A DNA stretch of 63,923 nt, filler included, from Reclinomonas americana ATCC 50394 (lineage: Eukaryota), in the NCBI GenBank assembly GCA_048213135.1. It is 8 parts of 8 records of this genome, joined end to end, with 100 filler letters (N's around TTAATTAATTAA, not from the genome) between each part and the next. Parts side by side here need not be neighbours in the genome. Positions count along the whole stretch, not along the records: positions 27,787 to 52,031 come from AFZH01017882.1; 7 more parts are not named here. One strand, 5' to 3'. The notes below the pieces were generated by a model. That model ran no database searches. It was not told the DNA's origin and saw only the letters and a list, made by a program, of their open reading frames with translations. Positions 39,514-51,107 of this stretch are shown here, piece after piece. Position 1 is the stretch's first letter. Each line of letters begins with the position of its first letter. A program made the position numbers and the translations under genes.

Positions 39514-39883
39514 CGTGTGTGTGTGTGCACACGCGCCCACGCGGAACGGCCGTGAACTGTCGCTTCTCTTGTCTGGCTTTTGACGTGTGCAGTGTATCGG
39601 ACAAAACGCCCGCGCGCGCGCCTCCGTCTCGCAAAAAGTTGTATTGTGTGTACGTATACGTGCGAGCACACAACAAAGGAGGCAGACAATACACTCTCTC
39701 CAACAACGCCGTTCATGCTCCTAGGCCTTGTGCCGTCTCCAATGGCAGAAGCCGGCTGCTTATCGCGGACGCACGGCGCATTATTATTATTGCCCGTTTT
39801 GCGCCACCACTGCTTGGCACCACTGCTCTTCGCCCCGACGTCGATCGGGTACCGGCGCCGGGTTTTGCAAGTGACCTTATGTC

Positions 39884-40518
39884 TCACTTTCCTCGCACGG
39901 CCACAGTGTAGTTCGGCACATCATAGTCGGCCGACGACGCCAAGCGCGGCGGAGGCGGCACAACAAACGTCACTGCAAATGCCAGTCAGTCGCCACCCTG
40001 CTGCACAATCTCCCTCTCGTGCGCGCGCGCACCTGGATGCTTGGCGCCTCGCAGGTGCACGCTCACTGTCTCCAATCCATCGACCACTGCTCGCTCCAGC
40101 GACTGCAACAGCGTCGCCGTCAGAAGCCGCACCGACACCAATCGCGCCGGCAGCGTGCGTGGCGCGCAGTCTTCCTCCATGGCCACTGCGAGCGATAGAC
40201 ATGAGCAGAGAGAGTGCAAGAGAGAGAGAGACACGGAGAGCGTAACAAAGAGAATCGCCCTTGGCCACCAAACGCATGCGTTGGTACGGATTCGGAGGCG
40301 GTGGAAGGAGGTAACGCGACTCGATCGAGCGCAGCACAGAGAGGCGTCGGAAGGCGTCGATGCAGCGACGTGCGGTGCGGACCTGCAATGAGCGTGAGAT
40401 GAAGACACATTGACAACACAAGAGCGAGACACACAACTGCGTCGAGCAGCAGGTAGGCCAGCGCGGAGCTTGTGGGCACAAGCAGCCCTGTCGACACAAT
40501 GGCGCTCAGCAGCGCCAT
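39884..40518 (-). CDS. Hypothetical protein, 4 exons
   Basis: MALLSAIVSTGLLV start; consistent GT-AG splicing to ...VPNYTVAVRGK stop; no recognised domain. Confidence 0.45.
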
Positions 40519-40599
40519 CGTCGTGTGTGTTTCGAGTGCCCACTTGGTCGATCGCAGCGGCTCATTCCCGCGCAAATCGTGCTTAGAGAGAGAGAGAGA

Positions 40600-42142
40600 A
40601 TGGTGCGTCGCCGTGCATGCGTGTTCTCATCTCTGTGTGTGTATGTGTCATGACGACGGGCGTTCTCCTTTTCACGCGCGCGTGTCTTTGTGTGTTGTCT
40701 TGCCCGCGTGCTTCATGTTCGTTCATGTCGCACGCGCGCGCGCGTCGGGAATCGCACATCAGAGTGACTGGATAATGAGAGAGCTTACTTGTGTGTGTGT
40801 GTGTGTTTCGTAGTCTGGCGCTGCAAAGAAGCCATCATCGTCGTCATCATCAGGCGCGGCTGCGGCCTCGGCTGCACCCGCTGGCAAGTCGTCGGTGAGT
40901 CACACACTCGCACAGAATGACACGTGGCAGCCGTCTGTCCGCGCACATGCGCGGGCATGTCTCTTCTCCTCCTTCTACAGTTTCAATGTGTGTCGTGGGG
41001 GGGAAGAGCGAGGGGGGGCGGTGGCAGAGAGCTGGTGTGAAATGTGCACTCTTTTTTCTTGTTGTTCGCGCCATGCCCGTGCCCCCGTGCGCTCACCTTC
41101 GCTGCACACCAACAGTCGGGCAGCAAGTCGGATCGCGTGAGACGGAAGGATGCGCACGACTACTCGAAGGTGCCGCTGGAGGATCGCTTGACTGATTTGA
41201 GTTGCGCTTGTCATGCACACATACAGGTGCACACACGCACAGCATGTGTGGCTCATTCTCTCTTTTGCGGCGCAGTGTACGTGTTGTGGTACCTGGTGAT
41301 GTTCGCCGTCGTCATGCCGGTCGCTCTCATGTCGGTGACGGCGCACTACAAGAGCGTGCCGCTGGCCAACGTTGGCGAGCACCTGCCGTTCCTCGCCCCG
41401 TGCGTGATCGAGGCGGTGGCCAAGTTTGGCGAGATCGCCGACCCCGTGATGGTGTGCCAACCGAGCCCGTTCTGCTGCCTCATCATCATTGTCATCATCT
41501 AATAACGAATTTGCTGTGTGGTAGAAATTCAACCCGGGCTGGCTGGTGGCCATGCAGGGCTTCAACCTGTTGGTGTGCGGCCCCCTGTACCTGCTGACCG
41601 CATTCGGTTTCCTCTTTGGCTGGAACTGGATCCGCGTGCCGGCCACCATCAACTCGGTGTTTACCCTGTACCAGATTGCGATGCACGGATCGGAGACGTT
41701 CTTTGGTGGCGTCGCCCCGATCGAGCCCGTCACCTACCTGGTGGCCTACGCACCGGCCGTGCTCATCTCCATGGCCACGTACAAGCGCCTGTCGATGGTT
41801 GAGCCCTTCTAGTTGCGTCTGCACGCAGGCCTCCCATCACGCCGATCCTCCTCCTTACCCCCCTCCATCTGCAGCGCCAACGAGCGTGGTGTGTTCAAGG
41901 CCGTGGCGCTGAACGCCGCCTTTGTGGTGGTGATGGCCGAGGCTCTGGCGGTGGTGGCCTTCATGGCCTTCCGCTTTGCCGTGTTGCACCTCGGCTACGG
42001 CGAGGTCTGGCAGCACCCGCACCTGGTCAAGGCCCGCGACTTTGTGCTCCACGACGCGCGCGGAACGGTGACCGTGGAGGAGCTCCCCCTGACGCACAAC
42101 GCGCCGGCGGGTGGTGCCTCGATGGTGGCCGATGAGAACTAA
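40600..42142 (+). CDS. EXPERA-domain (TMEM97/EBP-like) membrane protein
   Basis: Motif ADPVMKFNPGWLVAMQGFNLLVCGPLYLLTAFGFLFGWNWIRVPA..YLVAYAPAVLI. First exon is ATG only; the apparent TAG at 41810 is a TA|gttgcg donor. Confidence 0.75.
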
Positions 42143-42336
42143 GTAGAGACAAGGCACGCGCAAGTGCCAGGAGAGCGTGGGAAAGAAAATGAGACCGCAC
42201 CCACACTCTTTGTCCCCCCCAAACACAAGTAAACGAGTAGCACAAGAATTACAACACGCGGTCGTCAATGCAGCATCGGCGTTTGCTTTCAATGCTGCAA
42301 GCGTCGGCGTTCACACTCTCGGTGTGCACGAGTGCT

Positions 42337-43905
42337 TCAACGCAGGTACTTGTTGATGATGTTGTCGATGAACCACTGCTCGGTGAAGCGCAGGTGCTGT
42401 GTCGAGTGAAGAGAGATAAGAGTGAGCTCTCTTACGGGGTACGGGAGTGGGAAGCAGTACGCAACATCGCCGACCACGGACAAAAAGTCAATCTTTCCGG
42501 CCTGATCCAACACCTTCAGACCGAGCCAGTCCTGCTGGTACACGTCGGTCTGCTGCAGCGGAATCGTCTGCTTGTCTTGTCCAGGGGCGTAGAATCCGAA
42601 CCACTCCGAGTCGCGTGGTTGCACCATGCTGTACACATGGTCAGCGATTCGCACACGAGGCAGCAGAAAGCACCAAGCGACACACGCAACGAGTCCTCCG
42701 TGAACTTGACCAGCACGAACCTGGTCATGGCAGGAGCTCAACGCGTGTGAGAGAAGGAGAGAAAAGACGGCAGCGAGTGCATCGCAACTTGTTCAGCGAC
42801 TTGAGGTTGACGGCATACGTGGAGTTCTTCTGTGCCTTCTGGTTGTTGATGTCGGCAATGAACTGCGACTTGGCAACGTACTCCTGCGACAGGGGGATGA
42901 GCAAACGCGGTAGCCGACGCTGCTGCTGCTGTCTGTCTGTGTGCCCTCGCACCTGCTGCTTGAACGGATCGTTCCAGTACTGCGCCTGCACCAGTCGGTT
43001 CTGCACAAACTCGACATACGCACCCACATCGAGCAGCTCACGCATCCACTCGCACAGCGTGTGATTCGTGGCCTCGCAGCGCGGCAGTCCGAACACGCCT
43101 GCCGCCCCCCAAAAAACCCGAATGAGCGACAACGAACGCACAGTGAGGAACACACACAAGCCGACGTCACCAAAGTGCTGGCCACCGACGGAGATCAAGT
43201 TGCGCACTGGCGGATCGTTGCAACGCTGCACGTACGCACGGAGGAACTGACCGCCCTGGGAGAAACTACCAAACAGACGGAGAGGATGATGAGCGAAAAA
43301 AACGCTGATTCCTTATCTCCTCGACGCAACCCAATGGCATTGAAGCCGCCCTGCAGCTGCGGATCGGCCTTGAGTGCGGCGCACACCATGGCGATCTGCT
43401 CGTTGACCGGCTTGAAGAAGCTGTCGATCACACGAGTCATCATGAAAAGAAAGAGAGAAGACGATTTCTGAAAAAAGAGGACGCAACCCATCGTATTGAT
43501 CCTGCTCATCTGAGCTGCCAATGCGCACCGAGTGCACATACGATCCCGTCTGCTTGGTGATGAGCTTGCCCAGGTCGGCCATTCCCTGCTCCACACAGTG
43601 AGTCACACCAACACATATCACAGACAGTGAGCGACACAAGTACCGGTGAGTTCGACCAGTCGCCCATGCCATGCCACAGCACCACCGGCAGTGAGCCGCC
43701 ACCCAGTGCCTCCTCCAAGTCTATGAGAGCGCGCGCGTGTATGTGAGTGAGAGAGAGAAAAGGAGGAGTCAATATATGTGAATGACAACACGCGCTCACC
43801 CAGAGTCGTCACATCGTCAAGTGACACCGCGTGACTGGTGCCAAGCAGCATGGCCACCGAAAGCACAGTCAAGCACGCGGCGAGGAGCAGCGCGCACTTG
43901 CTCAT
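42337..43905 (-). CDS. PPT1: Palmitoyl-protein thioesterase 1
   Basis: Signal peptide; motifs PVVLWHGMGD, FNAIGFSQGGQFLR, NLISVGGQH.GVFGLPRC, VQNRLVQAQYWNDP, FIADINN, VQPRDSEWFGFY, DWLGLKVLD, GDHLRF. Confidence 0.96.
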
Positions 43906-43995
43906 TCTTCGTGTGAGTGTACAGTGATGAATTCGACGATTCGTTGCAACGAACTGATTGTGTGTGTGTGATTGTGTGTTTGTGAGGCGAGAGAT

Positions 43996-45560
43996 ATGGG
44001 TTGCGCGTACAGCCAGACGACACGGTTGGCCAAGGCCAAGAAGCAGATGACTGACAAGATGCCTGTGGAACCAGAGCAGGCTGTCAGGTGGGGGGAATGG
44101 GATATAAACGTCTTTCTTTCTGTCTCTTCTTCTTTGTGTCACGTGGCTGTTGCTGTCTCTCTCTCTGTCTGTGTGTCTGCATTGTGTGTGCGTGTCGTGT
44201 CACATGCGAGTGCGCAGCGTGCGCGCGCGTGTGTGTTTTTCTGTCGAGTGTGTGGCGTGTGTGTGTGCCATTTCGACGTGCACTGAGGCCCTCCTCTCTC
44301 TCTGTGTGTGTGCCTCACTCGCGTGTGTCTGTGTGTGTGTGTGTGCTGCAGGTTCACAAACTCGGAGAAGAACCCGTACGCTGTGGAGCTTGGTGAGTGG
44401 GCGTTCACACACACATACACACTCACACACACGCACGCAAGCAAGTGTGAAAATGAGCGCGCGTGTGCGCGATGTGCTCTCTCTCTCTCTCTTGTGTGCG
44501 TACGAGCAGTGAGAGTGTGCATGTGAGTGAGCGCGGGAGAGAGAGTGGAAGAATTTGGCGACCATTACTCTGCGCACCGTTTGTGTGTGTCACTCTCTCT
44601 CTCCCTCTTCTCCACGCCACATGATGAGATTTTGCGTCAGACATGCACTGACTATGATGATGATGATGATGGTGTGCACACAGCCAAGTGCTGGAGGCCG
44701 GGTGCGATTCCCAAGACTTTTGAGAACGACTTTGTCAAGTTCGACTACCCACCAGGTTGGTGATACGTGTGACTGGCGAGCGTGCGCGTGTGCGTATGTG
44801 TGTGAGAGAGTTGGCTGATTTGTGTCGACACGCAGAGGAATGGTCGGCGAAGAACGAGTCGGCGTTGGAGACCAAGACGGAGACGCACTTGGGCGTCAAC
44901 ATTCGGTTGTCGGTCGAGTTGCTCGAACAGCACATGACGTCGCAGCAGTACTGCGATGTTGAGTCTGCTGCCTTCGTCGTTGTCGTTGTGTGATGATGAT
45001 GTCGCTCAAATCGCCTTTGCAGTTTGTCAACGAGCAAGTGGCCACCATTCTGCACGGCGTCAAGTACACTAATGAGCCCGCCATGCGCAAGTTGACGGGC
45101 GGCCAGGAGCTCGCCTGTGTGCGCCGCGAGTGGGAAATGCCCACCGACGTCAAGGGTGCGTTTTCTTTCCCCTTGCTGATCTCGTCGTTTTTCGTGTGCT
45201 CTGACCCATCGTGCGGAACAGGCACGCGCGTGAACATCCCGCTGAAGCAGCTGTCACTGCACGGCACCACACACGATCCCGACACGGGCGACTGCGTGGC
45301 CTACAACTGCACCATCTCGGCCGGCAGCGGCATCTGGGAGCTCTTCAAGCCGATCTTTGAAAAGTTCCTCAACAACCTGCAATTCAAGGACCCGAAGCTG
45401 GTGGCGGAGCTGTGCAAGAAGGAGGGCTTCTTGTACCCACAGAGCGACACAAACAAGCCTGACGTGCGTCCATTCCTTCCCTCCATGTCACGTCACTTGC
45501 ACTCACTCGCGTGTCGCACAACAGGATCCGGTGCAACAGAAGATTGAAAAGAGCCAGTGA
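43996..45560 (+). CDS. N-acylated protein with PsbP/Mog1-like domain (paralog 2)
   Basis: MGCAYS start; NSEKNPYAVELAKCW..FENDFVKFDYPPEEW; CVAYNCTISAGSGIWELFKPIFEKFLNNLQF. Confidence 0.7.
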
Positions 45561-45900
45561 GATCATCATTTGTTACATGTGTGTGTGTGTCGCCGTGGCT
45601 GCCTGTGCGTCCACGCCTTCTGTCTACTATACATCTCTCGCTTGTGTTGTCTTTTTTTGATGTCTGGCAGTGCACGGATCTTTTGCCTTGCCGTCCTCCT
45701 CCGTAAACCTGCACGGTGTGTTGAGTCGTCTCTTTTTTTCACCCTCTCTCCCGATTTGTATCTCTTCTTCCTCTGCTCTCGATTCTCACGCCGCCAGATG
45801 ATCTCCACCCTTTATACCACTTACCGCAACTGTAAAACTGTGCTGCATGTTTTTTTCTCTCTCCCTTGCGATACACAGCGGCGCTGTACATTTTGTTCAT

Positions 45901-47352
45901 TCACAGCTCGAATTTGCACACTGGACACGTGGGATGTGAGTTGAGCCAGCGCGACACGCATTGCTGTAGCCAGCCAGCAAGTGAGTGAGTGATGAGTGAG
46001 CAAGAGTGACGAGAAGAGTTGCATGTCGCACCTTGTGGTACTGGTGCAGACACGGCAGCGAAATCACTTCTTCGCCGGCTTGATAGTTTTCGAGGCAAAT
46101 GGGGCACTCCCGCTGCGGCGTCTTGGTGTCGTCGGCCGCAACAATGAACGACGGGAAGCGATTGATCTCGGAGGTCGTCAGACCGCCCCACGCCGGCCCA
46201 CCTGCGCCCTCGTCGAGTGCCAGCAAGGCCTCGTAGTCTGCACACAACCATCGTCAGTGACACGTTCCTCCACCCCGTCCATCCTCCACGCTACCTCGTG
46301 AATCAAAGTCGCGGTCCACCACGGCCAAGTTGAAGTGCTGCAGATCCATGCGCCCACCCGCCAGCAGGTGTCGCGCCAGGCGAAGATTACCTCGGCGCAT
46401 GCGACCTGCCATTTGATCGTCAGACAACTAACTCACTCTGCTGCACTGAGCACACACGTGTACATGCACACCATGCTCCTCATCGAATCGCTCGTCGTCC
46501 ATCCCCCGCAGCCGCCGCAACATCGCCACCTCGTCGCCATCGCCATCGTCGTCCTCCTCCGCGGCTCGTTGTTGTCTCCGCAGCACAATCAGGCGGAGGA
46601 TCGCCGACACCACAAACACACCAATCCACAGAAACATCACGCCGCCGACATTGGCCCACTGGCCGACCACAAAGAACAGCGACAGGAACACCACCGGCAG
46701 CATCACATTCACCAGCCAACTGGTGGTGGTCGAGTTCGAAATAGGTGCGCAGGCGGCACAACACTCGCCGCACCGCATCCGCGACCACAGCACACGCAGT
46801 GCCGAACGCCATCGTGACCCGCCACTGCCTGCCACTCCGGCCGCCGACAACTCCGAGCCAGCAGCGAGCAACTGTGCGCGGATCGTGTCATCTCAAAAGA
46901 ATCACAGATTCACAAAGCAGCACACACGGCGCAACTCGTTCTGTCTCTCGTCGTTGCACACCTCGCGCTCCACCTCGCTCCTCATCATCATCATCGTCAT
47001 CATCTTCGTCTTCTTCTTCTTCGCCTTCTGCCTCTCGCGGTCGCAGTTGGCCCAACTCCACCTCCTGATTCACTTCATCCCCTGCACTGCGACTCCCGCT
47101 CGCCTGCCCGCCACTCTCCTCGTGGCCCTCATCATCAACATCGGCCTGGAAGAAGCGCGGATCGCGCAGGCGTTGAAGGTGGCGGTCGTGGAAGAGTGCG
47201 TGACGATCTCGTCCGCCACTGCTCCCCGAGCCCGACACTGCTGGGGAGGCGGTCGCGGTTGGTGCCGACTGTGAGGGTGGAGGGCGAGGAGCGGGGGGCG
47301 GTGGTGCCAGCAAGAAGCCACCGCCTAGATCGACAGGCGCGCTTGCCGCCAT
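45901..47352 (-). CDS. Transmembrane RING-H2 E3 ubiquitin ligase (SDIR1-like organisation)
   Basis: Two TM segments; [56 protein letters not shown] at the C-terminus. Confidence 0.88.
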
Positions 47353-47751
47353 CTTTCTGATTGCCAATGTGCGAGCTCGAAACTGACTTGTCCCACGTGT
47401 AACGCGACGTGACCTGTCAGCTTTTTCTGTGTGCGTCTCTCTCTCTCTCCCTTGTGCTGTCCGCTTTGTGCATCGTAGAGATGCATCGTTTCTCGTCATT
47501 GCGGTGCTGCAATATGAGGCGTGCGATCGGACTGGAGTTGTCGACGTCTGATATCGCGATCGACTGTCGATCGATATTGCGATCGTTGCGAACGATCGTG
47601 GGATCGCACCACACGCGCTGTATGTCTCGTAGACGCAGTGAACAAGAATGCTCCGGTTCGCGGTGAAAAGAACGAAGCGAAAACGTGCGCGTTGCCATTT
47701 TCTTTTTTTCGCGATCGATCGAGCGGTGGTCGACTCGCAATTCTCTTGTCC
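47353..47751. promoter_or_regulatory. Putative bidirectional promoter rich in CGATCG/TCGA palindromes
   Basis: Lies between divergent start codons; contains the inverted repeat CGATCGAC-T-GTCGATCG at 47557-47573. Confidence 0.4.
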
Positions 47752-50700
47752 ATGAGCTCGGAGAAGAGCACTGCAGGCACTGTCGTCGCTGAGTCCGACA
47801 CTCCCACAGCTGTGGCGCCGCCACCACCTCCCCCACCCGTCAGTGGCAGCAGCACGCCAGCACCAGCGCCTGCGCCGCCCGTGTACTTTCCCCACATCAG
47901 TGGCGACGATCTGGTTCCCGTGATCGATGGCAATCCGCAGGAGAATCGCGCCGGCGACAGCGAACCGGCTGGTGGTGAGTGTCGTCTCGTGTGGCGATCG
48001 GGTGTGCGATCGCATGTTTGTGCGGTGCGCTCCTCTTCCAATGCGACAATCGCTTCGCGAACGCAGCACTGGAATTTGCAGAGGACGAGCCGAGTCCGGT
48101 GGAAATCGAGCTGCAACCTGTCGACCTCGCCGCTCGCCGTGCCTCTCGCTCTCACCATGTGATGCTCCCACCAGCGTCACCGCAGCGCATGACCGCTGTC
48201 CAGGTGCCGCTGTTGGACACGGGAATCGCTTTGCACGTCCCATCGGTAATGGAACCGATGACTGCGGTGATTGTGCCTGGAACCACCGCCGTGGTCGACG
48301 ACACGACGCGGCACCCGTTGCCGCAGCAACAGAGAACGCACCACCATCATCACCACCACCACCACCATGCGAACGGAGCAGCCGCCTTGAAACAGGAGCA
48401 GCAGTTGAAGCAGCCGCTAGTGCATCCACGTACCAGTCCACCTCAACAGGATCGTCTGCGATCGGTGGTCGGTCTCACCGTGGGGGCGGGCCCCGATGTG
48501 GACGCCGATCGACAGGCCCTGATCTCTGCAGGCTTCGGGTCGCCGGGCCAGTATTCGGCGTCGTCGCTGGATCCACTGACCGGCGACGATCGCGAAGACG
48601 GCGAACAGTTGCGGAGTGGTATCCTGGAGGTGCCGGGAGCCATCGATTTGCGGCGCGCCGACATGCGATCGGTGTGGGCCTTCTTGGTCGGCGTTCTCTG
48701 CACGCAGGTACTGTGTGTGCACATGAGTGAGCGTGCTTGTGTGAGTCGCATTGACACGGATGTATGCAATTGCAGGTATGGAACAACTCGTTGCAAATTG
48801 TGCAGCCACTGTTGGTGCTGTGGGTCACGAATGATGTTGCGGCAGTGCATTTGTATGCGCCTGTTGATATTCAATCGACTCACTGATGCCACGCATGCAG
48901 CCGTCGATGGTGGCCTTTATCTTGGTGCGCACGACCAACCAGTTTTGACTGTATTCCTTGATTTGTATTTTCATCAGTCTGCATCCTCTGCAGATGGGCT
49001 ATGGCGTGTGCAGTGCGCTCGGCAACACGCTTGGCGGCCTGTGCTACCCATTCTTCTCGCCCAAGAAGCTGCTCGTCACGTTTTGCGTTGTGCGGTTCGT
49101 GCGCGACTGTGAGTCCACGCTCCTTCAAACTCGAAGCTCATTCATGTTTCCGCAGATCACTCTCACAGTTTGCCACATGCATCGTGTACTTGTGGGCGTC
49201 GAGTCACGGCTGGTACATCCTGGTGTTGTACATGGTGGACTCGCTGGCGATCGGTGTGCTGGACACTGTTCGCACGGCGTTTCCGCGATCGGCTGTCGGA
49301 CCAGAGGAGGCCGCGCTGAACAAACTGAACGCCGACTTTCAGCTGTCGTTCGATGCCGGCACCACCATTGGTTGGTGGCCTCTGTTGTGAATTGAGTGCA
49401 TGGCTGCTGCTACTCCGACGTCCTCCCTCACACGAAACACAGGTCCAATCATCACCGGTGTTGTCATGACGCTGACCACGGATTTGCGCACTGTTGTCTT
49501 CCTGTCACCCTTCGGGTTCCTGTCGTGTGCCGCCATCTTCCTGTACGTGTGAATGCATAGACACACTTCTCTGCCTGTTGTTGCTCACCGCCGGCCGAAC
49601 AGGTGGGTTCCACGACTGAAGAGCGACGCCGAGGTCGCGCGCCAGCGACTGATCGCCAAGGGCAAGAGTTTGACCACGTTGCAGATTCTCAGCAAGGCGT
49701 CGCCGTGGGCATCGCTCAAGTTCGTCTTTGGCAACGTGAGACTCGTACTACCATTCGTTGGCTTCCTCATGCTGCAAGGTATCTCGTCCGCTCACATCAA
49801 CATGTTGTGCTGTTCGAATTTGCTAACTCTCTTCTGCACAGTGTACCGGCTGAAGAACACATATGCAGCACTGTATGCCACTCAAGTGCTGCACAACGCG
49901 ACGCTGACTGCCTGGATGGTAAGACGACATTCGATCCTCGTTGCTGTCAATGGTGGCACTCACTCCTCTTTCTCGGTGACACAAGATGGCCGGTTTCGGT
50001 ATTGGTGGAACGATTGGCTCTCTCCTGTTCCGCTTCATGGACAAGCACAAAAAGTTGTGTGTGTATCACTGCGCGCGTAATCGTGCGGTGAGTGGCTGAC
50101 GAGATGCGTGTACGCAGGATCAATCACGTGCGCAGCATGCTGTCTGCCGGCATCAGCCTGGCCATCTTCTCGTTCATCTGGCTGCCGGATGTGATTGACA
50201 AGAACTCCTCGGTGTGGTTCCGCTTCTCCTTCGACGAGCTAGCGATCATCATCATGGTCGTCGGCAACGTGTTTGGCCGACTGTCGATGAACGTGCTGCT
50301 GCAGAAGGAGCTGCCGTGTTGCGTGATTCTCTGCATGCTCTGTGTTTCTCATGGTCGTCCGTCACTCACTCTGCATCATCGCCTGCGAAGCCTCACGCAA
50401 CGCTGGTGTCATGGCCCTGCGTGGCTTCTTCGTGAAGCTCACTGCTGCACTGATGCGTGGACTGCTCGGCCTGGCATTCGTGGTGACTGCCAACAATGGA
50501 CTGCACGCGTTCCTCGTGTTCTCCGCGTTTACCTTCCTCCTGGCCGCCGCACAGGTACGCAACCGTATTGTTACTGCTGCTACAAGGAAGTGACCTGTCG
50601 CTGACTGCACTCGCAGATTGTTTGCAGTCTTGCGTACCGCTCCAATCGAGCAGCCACAACCTCGGCTGCCGACGCCACGGCATCCATGGTACTGTTGCAA

Positions 50701-50948
50701 GCCGACGACATTGACGAGGATGATGTGCACGGTGAGAGAGACACACATCGTCACAAGTGTGTCCCTCGCGCGAGAAACTCATCGTCTTGGCGATCAAGGC
50801 CGACTGGCGCCATACAGCAAGCTCAACGCACCTCATCCAGGCAAGTACGCCTTCCAGCGTGATGACGGCGGAGCGGCGAGTGACGATGAGTCGGCAGCTC
50901 TGGCGACCAGGATCAAGACAGGTGCGCGTGAAAATGTCTGTCCAGTGA
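47752..50948 (+). CDS. MFS-like multipass transporter (paralog B) with a long N-terminal tail containing poly-His
   Basis: Motifs SVWAFLVGVLCTQ, MGYGVCSALGNTLGGLCYPFFSP, LDTVRTAFPRSAVGPEEAALNKLNADFQLSFDAGTTIGP, YRLKNTYAALYATQVLH, SRNAGVMALRGFFVK. Confidence 0.75.
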
Positions 50949-51107
50949 GTGCCTCCACTGCTACTCACAGACACAAAACTCGCACCAGAAATGCGCCCAG
51001 AAGACCCCTCGTCCACCGCATGACACAACAAATAAAAAACCCACTGACTTTGCTGCTGCAGTTCAATTATCGTCGCAACAGTGGGGTGGCACTGGTACCG
51101 TAACTAC

